The position numbers were made by a program, and so were the translations under genes. Source: Candidatus Latescibacterota bacterium (GTDB lineage: Bacteria; Latescibacterota; UBA2968). Taken from it: DNA of 64,000 nucleotides. The stretch spans positions 1,184,001-1,248,000 of the forward strand of contig OZ241986.1 in NCBI GenBank assembly GCA_965204375.1, read 5' to 3'. Position 1 is the first letter of the stretch. Every line of letters begins with the position of its first letter. Below the pieces are notes generated by a model. The model made no database searches. It saw only the letters and a program-made list of their open reading frames with translations, and had not been told where the DNA came from. Positions 58,018 to 64,000 of this stretch are shown piece by piece.

Positions 58018-59835
58018 TTACGGTCTTAATTCTGGCGTGAGTTTCACTTTAATCTGCAGATTTGTGACGTCTGTGATGTGGATTGCCAGTTTTCTGCGGC
58101 CCTCGTTATCGGCTTGTTTGGGATTGGGGGAGGTGGGTAAAGGGGTTGCGCCGAGGACTGTGAATATTGCGTCGGAGGGCGATAAAATTTCCGCTTTGAG
58201 ATGTTTGCCTCCGCGCGTTAGAAGGGCGGTTTGTCCGTCGAGTTTGACACTGGCTCTCGTGTGCATGAACCACCAGAGTTCAGATGGTGATTTGGCTTCA
58301 ATGTCATCGGTAATTACGACATGATTTTGGTCAATTATCTCAAAGGTGCGTTGCGCGCGTGTCACATCGTCGGTATAAACATCGGTGAGGTCGAGAACAG
58401 CAGTCGCACGATTGGGCGCGGCATTGAAGGCGGTGATGGGACATTCGGCTTTGGGATTTTGATCCGGACCATTGCCGGGGTTGAATACCAGGGTGTTGTG
58501 GCCTTCGGCGCGGATGCGGTAGAATTCCCACCGTTGGCGTTTGTTGCGGTGTCTTTGATAGGTTTCGCGTTCTGTACCCGAGTCGATAGCCCATCGCTCG
58601 CCGAGTGCTTCGAGGATGAATGTGCCCTGATCGAGGTGCCGGTGCATGCCAAGATTGTAATTGCCGCCGGCCTGAATGCCCAGCACGAGGGCATGGGGAT
58701 CTGCCCACGATGTGCGGAATGTGGCGACATCGGCTTTGCGAAAGTGTTTGTTAAGAGGTAAGGTATTGGGGTCAAAGTCTTTTGCGCTATCGTCGAACCA
58801 CAGCAAGTCGAGCACTGTTCCCCTGCCGTGTTGTCTGAGCGTATCGTAGCGAAACCAACTGTAGTTTTGTATGCCGTAGTGCTTGCCCATCCAGAAGTGC
58901 ATGGGGGTACTCATGCGCCGCAACCCGCAATCGGCAAAGTCAAAACTGTAGCGGTCTGCACCCGAAATGTAAATCTGGTAGTCCCCGCTCTCTTTGAACC
59001 CGGGGGTGGCTGCGAGATCAAAATCGGTTCCGAGAGCGCTGAACAGGCTGGACAAAAAGAGCACGTTGTAACGCGCACCATAATCCCAATAGGTCACGCC
59101 TTCGATACCCGCGCCATCGGGCGCGTAGAAATTCATCGCCATCGGAATGTTTTTGATGCCCGCGTGGAGAATTTCGCTGGCGAGTTCTGGTTCTTCATCG
59201 GCGATGGCGAGCGCGCCCATGCCAAGCCCACCGTTGCAGACCTGGTTCCAATTGTTGTGGCTGCGCGCCCACCAGGCGTTTTCGCGATAGCCTTTTAAGC
59301 CGGGTTTGAGGCCTTTTTCCACTATGGCACTGCGAAGGATGTGACGCTGGTCTTCTGTCCAGTGGTCGTATAACCAGTCGTATCCAACGGCAAAAGCATA
59401 GGTCATTTCTGCGGTGTCGAGAAAGTGATCGGGATTCCAGTCTTTGAATTGCGCTGCGGCTTCGAGTTCGGCCCAGGCGCGTTCCAGATGGCGTTGTTCG
59501 CCTTCCATGAGATAGACAAAGGCGAGCAGGCGCACGCGCTCTTTCACGCGACGGCTGGTGGAGAGCAAGCGCCTTCCGTCCGGGATGCTGTATTCCGATG
59601 GTTTTTGCTCGAATATTTCCCGGGCTTCTCGCTTGACCCTGCGATAGATTTTTGCGGCGACCGTATCTTGAGCGATTTGCTCTTTGATGCGTGCGAGGAT
59701 GTTTGCATCTATCATCAGACGCGGATGGTCGGGTTTCAGGGTCGTTAGAATTTGATCCCTATCCGGGGGAGTGAATGCTTCTGCATTTGTTTGGATACTC
59801 AGCATGAGGATAATTATTGCGGCGATTGATTTCAT
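58018..59835 (-). CDS. Secreted heparinase II/III-family polysaccharide lyase
   Basis: Signal peptide, HPRL, HFLDTAEM, NNWNQVC, EG..YW.YG, HRHLDQGTF, GHNTL. Confidence 0.85.
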   Translation of the reverse strand: MKSIAAIIILMLSIQTNAEAFTPPDRDQILTTLKPDHPRLMIDANILARIKEQIAQDTVAAKIYRRVKREAREIFEQKPSEYSIPDGRRLLSTSRRVKERVRLLAFVYLMEGEQRHLERAWAELEAAAQFKDWNPDHFLDTAEMTYAFAVGYDWLYDHWTEDQRHILRSAIVEKGLKPGLKGYRENAWWARSHNNWNQVCNGGLGMGALAIADEEPELASEILHAGIKNIPMAMNFYAPDGAGIEGVTYWDYGARYNVLFLSSLFSALGTDFDLAATPGFKESGDYQIYISGADRYSFDFADCGLRRMSTPMHFWMGKHYGIQNYSWFRYDTLRQHGRGTVLDLLWFDDSAKDFDPNTLPLNKHFRKADVATFRTSWADPHALVLGIQAGGNYNLGMHRHLDQGTFILEALGERWAIDSGTERETYQRHRNKRQRWEFYRIRAEGHNTLVFNPGNGPDQNPKAECPITAFNAAPNRATAVLDLTDVYTDDVTRAQRTFEIIDQNHVVITDDIEAKSPSELWWFMHTRASVKLDGQTALLTRGGKHLKAEILSPSDAIFTVLGATPLPTSPNPKQADNEGRRKLAIHITDVTNLQIKVKLTPELRP

Positions 59836-59916
59836 GATGTGTTTTTAACGACAACGAGTTCGCCCAGCCTTACCGAGCGAACCCGTTTGGTTATGACCTG
59901 AGACTTTTACAGGCAT

Positions 59917-60669
59917 TTAGCTGTCGGTATTTACCTTAACGCCTTTTTTTGTTAAGGCGGGAATATGCGTCTTCATCGATGCCTCGTCCAGAGCGTTGCG
60001 CCTGATATTCAGTGTTGCCAGATTGGCCAGTCCAGCAGCCGGTGCGATATCGGCGACTTTGTTGTTGGCGAGGTTCAGGGTTTTCAACTCAGCCATCCCC
60101 GATACTGCCGAAATATCCGAGACTTTGTTGCCAGAGAGATTCAGCGTTCTCAATTTGGTCAAGCCCGACAATGCCGAAATATCCATGACGTTGCGGTTCG
60201 CATTGAGATTCAGGTTTCTCAGGTTGGTTAATTTAGCAAGTGCTGAGACGTCGGAGACATTATTGCGGGTAAGGTTTAGTGTTCTCAGTTTTTTCAAGCC
60301 GGAAAGTGCCGAGACGTCGGAGACGGCGTTGCTGTTGACGACCTTATTCTCTACACGCGTAGCACCGAGGTTCAGTACTGTCAAATTTTTTGCATGCTCG
60401 AGTCCGCTCAAATCGCTGATGTTTGCATTTTGCGCGACAAGGCGTCTCAATTTCGCCATGTCAGCCGTGGTAATCACCGCATCGCTCGCCATGCTCAGGG
60501 AATCTGCAATGACCGCACGCAGATTGGCGTCGGGGATCATGACTGGTTTTGGCTCCATTTTTTTAGCGGCACTCTCTTGCTCGCTCTTCAGGTGATGGCC
60601 CGCGTCACTCGCGCTATAGCTAAATGCAATGAAGAGTGCGAGGATCAGGGGGAGATGTCGATACTTCAT
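59917..60669 (-). CDS. Secreted internalin-like leucine-rich repeat protein
   Basis: Signal peptide, IPDANLR cap, about six ~22-aa repeats LxxLxxLxLxxNxVSDISA. Confidence 0.88.
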   Translation of the reverse strand: MKYRHLPLILALFIAFSYSASDAGHHLKSEQESAAKKMEPKPVMIPDANLRAVIADSLSMASDAVITTADMAKLRRLVAQNANISDLSGLEHAKNLTVLNLGATRVENKVVNSNAVSDVSALSGLKKLRTLNLTRNNVSDVSALAKLTNLRNLNLNANRNVMDISALSGLTKLRTLNLSGNKVSDISAVSGMAELKTLNLANNKVADIAPAAGLANLATLNIRRNALDEASMKTHIPALTKKGVKVNTDS

Positions 60670-60880
60670 GGTTTTTTCCTCCAGATGGGGGTGAATGAGG
60701 CACGCAAAGTGCCCGTACTGAATCGATGAGATACTGAGCACATGTGACGTAACAACTTTTGAGAGATTTCCTCCTTTCTGTTGTGAATTCGCGTTCTTAT
60801 GTGCTCTAATCAAACGGATAATAATATAAAAGAGGTTGATTAGTCAATAAAAAATAACAGGTGAGAGAAGAAGGGGATGA

Positions 60881-62629
60881 CTAACGCTTGAGGTCGAGTT
60901 GTGCCGACCACGAGGAGGTGCGGTGGTGGCTGTAGCGCGTTGACAGGCGGAAATGCGCGGTAGCCCAGGTGAGACGCAGACCGCGATTGGTGCCGTCTCC
61001 CGAGAGGGTGAGCAGGCGTATGACGCCCCAGACATCGGGTTCGATGTCGTAAATACGCGCGTTGTAGGATGAGATTTTGTGGTGGGTGGCCCATAGTGCG
61101 AGGGAGAATCCCGTTGATTTGCCGAGTTGGAGGCGAAGTCCGGCGGCATTTCCCGATGTACCGGCGTGAGCGCGCTGAAGCCAGGCGGTCATGGCGCGGG
61201 TAGGGCGTTTGTAGATGAGCGAAAGGCGAAGGCTTTGGCGAGGCACGCGATTTGTCGCGCTTCTGGTATCGGCGGTCAGGCGTGCAGAAAAACCTCTGCT
61301 GAAGCGGTGGGTAAAATTGAGCCGCAGGCGAGCGCCTCGTTCTGGCAGTGCGCTTTTTTCTGGCCTGAGCTGACCGTGGCGGTCGAGGGCGATATCGATG
61401 CGTTGGCGTTTTGATATGCGCCAGGTCAGGCCAAAGAATGCGCCCCATTCGTTGTTGGGGGGAGAGCTATAGGCGGCATAAGGTGCGCCGTGCAAGCTGT
61501 GGAAATTGGCGCCATAGCATCTGCCAATGAGGTGAAGACGCAGGATGGGCGTGCCAGCGACGAGGCCAGTTATAAAAGCTCTGGGGGCGATTTCGCCAAA
61601 CAGGGCGATGTGGTCCGTGCGGTAGAGGGCGTTGAGGCTGAATAACATGCCTGCCTGAGCAGTGCGCGGCACGGCGGATTCGCTGGCTATGTCGGACGCG
61701 ACAGGTGAGAAGGCCGTGTTGAGGATTGTCAATCCAATGCGTTTTTGCGAGGAGCCAATGGCTATGTTCGCGCCTGTAAGACGTTCGCGAAGCGCGTTTT
61801 TACGCGCCTGTGAGGTTTCGGTGTGGTGAAGGCCGCTGGTGTAGATGCGCGTGTCTGATCCAAAGGTCGCATCCCAGGCCATTCGGCCATACATCAGGCT
61901 CCAGAGCAGGTGGGTATGTGAGCCGCTCAGGTAAATGCCGCGCAGGGCACCGTGTTCTGTGCTGGTGCGGTTGCCCAGTTGCGTGGCGGTGCGGGCGCGT
62001 GCATAGCTCAAGCCGGTCGCACTGCGTGTGCGGCGCGAAAGGAGCAACCCTTGTCCCCATTCTGGACGCACATCTCCCAGGATGATGTTGACGCGAGAGA
62101 GAGGCAGGGCAATATAGCCGGTTACATGATCGGTAAGAGTCGGTTCTTCTGGGTCGCGTTCGGTGAGAAAAAAGGCAGATAGGTGTGTGGGCGAAGCGAT
62201 TTCGAGGCGCTGATAGAGGCGCATGTCGGCAAAGCTATTGGCGCGTTTGGAAGGACGCGAGACGCGGGATGTGTATTGCAAACGCCATGGACGTGGGGGT
62301 GCAATGGACAGATAGGGCGTGATGAGATCGATGTGTTCTTCCGATAAGCCCTGCACATGGGCGAGTTCTGCAAGGGTGCGATAGGGGCGATGGGCAATGA
62401 TTCGACGGGCGAGTTCTGGCGTGAGACCGGGCAGAATGAGCAGGTCTTTCGCACTTGCGCGATTGAGTTCGAGGCTTATGCCTTCGAGGTCGCGTAACAA
62501 GTCGTTATAAGCTTCGGCTTCGCTTTCGGTGTAGATGGCGGACGGTTGCGCGAATAGGAGTGCGGGAAGGCACAGGGTGAACACAATGTGCCATGCGAGC
62601 GTGCGGATGTGAAAGATGTGTTCTGGCAT
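60881..62629 (-). CDS. ComEA-like helix-hairpin-helix protein with a probable outer-membrane beta-barrel
   Basis: LELNRASAKDLLILPGL...IIAHRPY..L.EL..VQGL, followed by amphipathic beta strands. Confidence 0.75.
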   Translation of the reverse strand: MPEHIFHIRTLAWHIVFTLCLPALLFAQPSAIYTESEAEAYNDLLRDLEGISLELNRASAKDLLILPGLTPELARRIIAHRPYRTLAELAHVQGLSEEHIDLITPYLSIAPPRPWRLQYTSRVSRPSKRANSFADMRLYQRLEIASPTHLSAFFLTERDPEEPTLTDHVTGYIALPLSRVNIILGDVRPEWGQGLLLSRRTRSATGLSYARARTATQLGNRTSTEHGALRGIYLSGSHTHLLWSLMYGRMAWDATFGSDTRIYTSGLHHTETSQARKNALRERLTGANIAIGSSQKRIGLTILNTAFSPVASDIASESAVPRTAQAGMLFSLNALYRTDHIALFGEIAPRAFITGLVAGTPILRLHLIGRCYGANFHSLHGAPYAAYSSPPNNEWGAFFGLTWRISKRQRIDIALDRHGQLRPEKSALPERGARLRLNFTHRFSRGFSARLTADTRSATNRVPRQSLRLSLIYKRPTRAMTAWLQRAHAGTSGNAAGLRLQLGKSTGFSLALWATHHKISSYNARIYDIEPDVWGVIRLLTLSGDGTNRGLRLTWATAHFRLSTRYSHHRTSSWSAQLDLKR

Positions 62630-62695
62630 TAGGACCGTTTGCGATGTAAAGGTCTGTATTTACAGTAGATTGCTTTATTACTGCAATAGACCTTA

Positions 62696-62711
62696 AGCAA
62701 ACGGTATGCCA
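62696..62711 (-). promoter_or_regulatory. sigma54 (-24/-12) promoter
   Basis: TGGCAT-ACCGT-TTGCT, 66 bp upstream of the HhH gene start. Confidence 0.6.
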
Positions 62712-62715
62712 GAGG

Positions 62716-62808
62716 AATTAAAAATTAAAAATTAAAAATTGAGAAGCTCTCAACCAGTCCCCAGTCTCTCTTTTTTATCTGCGTCCATCTGCGTCCATCT
62801 GCGGATTC
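62716..62808. repeat. Cluster of short tandem repeats (AAAATTA, CCAGTCC, CATCTGCGTC)
   Basis: aattaaaaattaaaaattaaaaattga; ccagtccccagtctc; atctgcgtccatctgcgtccatctgcgg. Confidence 0.65.
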
Positions 62809-64000
62809 TGATACGGTTCTATTCTGCCGTTGCGAATGGTGAGCATATACATCCAGGCATTTTCCCGATGGCCTTTGCCAAAGGATATTTGGCCGGTTGC
62901 ACCGGGTACATCTGTGAGGGTTTCAAGGTGCTCTCGCAGGAGGTTTCGGGTGGTGCCGCCCGCGTTTATGCCGTGCAGGATGGACAGCATGGCATCGTAT
63001 CCGAGGGCAGCAACGATATTCTGTTCTTTGCCAAAGCGAGAGCGGTACGCGTTGACGAAATTTTGCACGGATTCGAGATGGCTCTGGTCGTAGTATTTTG
63101 CTACAAAAATAGCACCATCGACGTAATTCCCACCATCGCGAGCCACTTCATCGTGGTTCCAGCCATCACTGCCGAGCACCTGGGAAGAGACGAGGGCGGA
63201 GTGAAATTGGGGGGCGATGAGTAAGATGTCTTCAGCTCCACCGGCAATGAGGATTCCGTCCAGAGCTTCGACAACTTCGAGTTGCACAGTGTCCGGATCA
63301 ACTACGACGGGTGGGGGAGGGGCGACGTGTATGTTGCCGAGGATTAATGAGTCAATTGCCGAAGCGAGATCGTCGGGCGCTTGAAGTGCCAGTCCCGCGC
63401 TGCGGATGCGTTCAAATTGGCGGCGATAATCCGTAGTGCCCGGTTCGTACCATTCTTGAATGAGTACTTCGGCGCCGAGGTCTTCGGCTCTGGTGGCAAA
63501 TTCGCGGGCGATGTCCCGGCCATAATCATCTCGAGACGCAAGTGAGGCCAGCGTTCGCAAGCCCTGTTTATTCACGGCGTGTTCTGCAATGCGCCTGCCC
63601 TGTGCCCCTGGTGTTGCATTGACTTGAAAAACATAGGGACTGAGGGATGCAATGCCGTCGTCTGAGGCTGTTGGAGCCACCAGGGGCACTTTTTGGGCAC
63701 TTAGCATAGTTGCAATAGGCGTGGTTACCGCGCTTGTGAGTGCGCCGATGATGGCGAGTACTTCGCGTTCTTCAACAAGGCGCTGTGCCGCGCGTGCTGC
63801 GCGAATGGGGTCGCCTTCGGAGTCTTCAAATATCAGTTCGACCTGGTCGTGAGATGCGAGTGGATTGCGGTCTCTCGCGAGTGTGATGCCGTTGCGGAGG
63901 TCTTCGCCGCTTGGGGTGCCCAATGGGGCGATGATGCCGATTTTATAGCGCGCATTTTGGGGTTCTGGTTCCGGGGTAGGTTGGGACGAAGATATGAGGA
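62775..64000 (-). CDS. LpoA/LivJ-like periplasmic binding protein type 1 domain protein; 5' end outside window
   Basis: Frame open to the window edge (KIGIIAPL), FEDSEGDP, AIIGALTS, LGSDGW, ALGYDA, GATGQISF. Confidence 0.8.
   Translation of the reverse strand, partial: LISSSQPTPEPEPQNARYKIGIIAPLGTPSGEDLRNGITLARDRNPLASHDQVELIFEDSEGDPIRAARAAQRLVEEREVLAIIGALTSAVTTPIATMLSAQKVPLVAPTASDDGIASLSPYVFQVNATPGAQGRRIAEHAVNKQGLRTLASLASRDDYGRDIAREFATRAEDLGAEVLIQEWYEPGTTDYRRQFERIRSAGLALQAPDDLASAIDSLILGNIHVAPPPPVVVDPDTVQLEVVEALDGILIAGGAEDILLIAPQFHSALVSSQVLGSDGWNHDEVARDGGNYVDGAIFVAKYYDQSHLESVQNFVNAYRSRFGKEQNIVAALGYDAMLSILHGINAGGTTRNLLREHLETLTDVPGATGQISFGKGHRENAWMYMLTIRNGRIEPYQNPQMDADGRR

Overview
Bacterial chromosomal window of roughly 50% GC with about 45 CDS and one tRNA-Ala(GGC). 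The gene content includes three Cys-type sulfatases, two heparinase II/III-type lyases, rhamnose isomerase, tandem PhyH dioxygenases, PQQ-like beta-propellers, a secreted LRR protein and a DGGGP-synthase-like UbiA. This resembles FCB-group or sponge-associated polysaccharide degraders (inference, not a taxonomic call). Layout: 1-11.2 kb, glycosyltransferase/thioesterase/ABC/beta-propeller/TAXI-TRAP genes. 11.2-22.7 kb, sulfated-glycan catabolism and dioxygenases, plus a frameshifted ferredoxin-thioredoxin reductase. 22.7-26.35 kb, an accessory patch (ParA-like ATPase plus partner, IS1595 remnant, Mrr-like nuclease) whose distal 2.1 kb is bracketed by a duplicated 34-bp promoter. 33-43.3 kb, a defence locus downstream of tRNA-Ala: membrane coiled-coil protein, type IIG-like methyltransferase with an apparently degenerate nuclease site, McrA-like HNH, and a DUF4926-PLD-SNF2 fusion. 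45-58 kb, DNA repair and housekeeping genes (ligA, XPB, alr, sbcCD). The best candidates for undescribed biology are the defence locus architecture, the promoter-duplication hotspot with its orphan ParA pair, and a structured 5' leader on the NAD+-dependent ligase gene. All family calls come from motif recognition by eye; no database searches were run.
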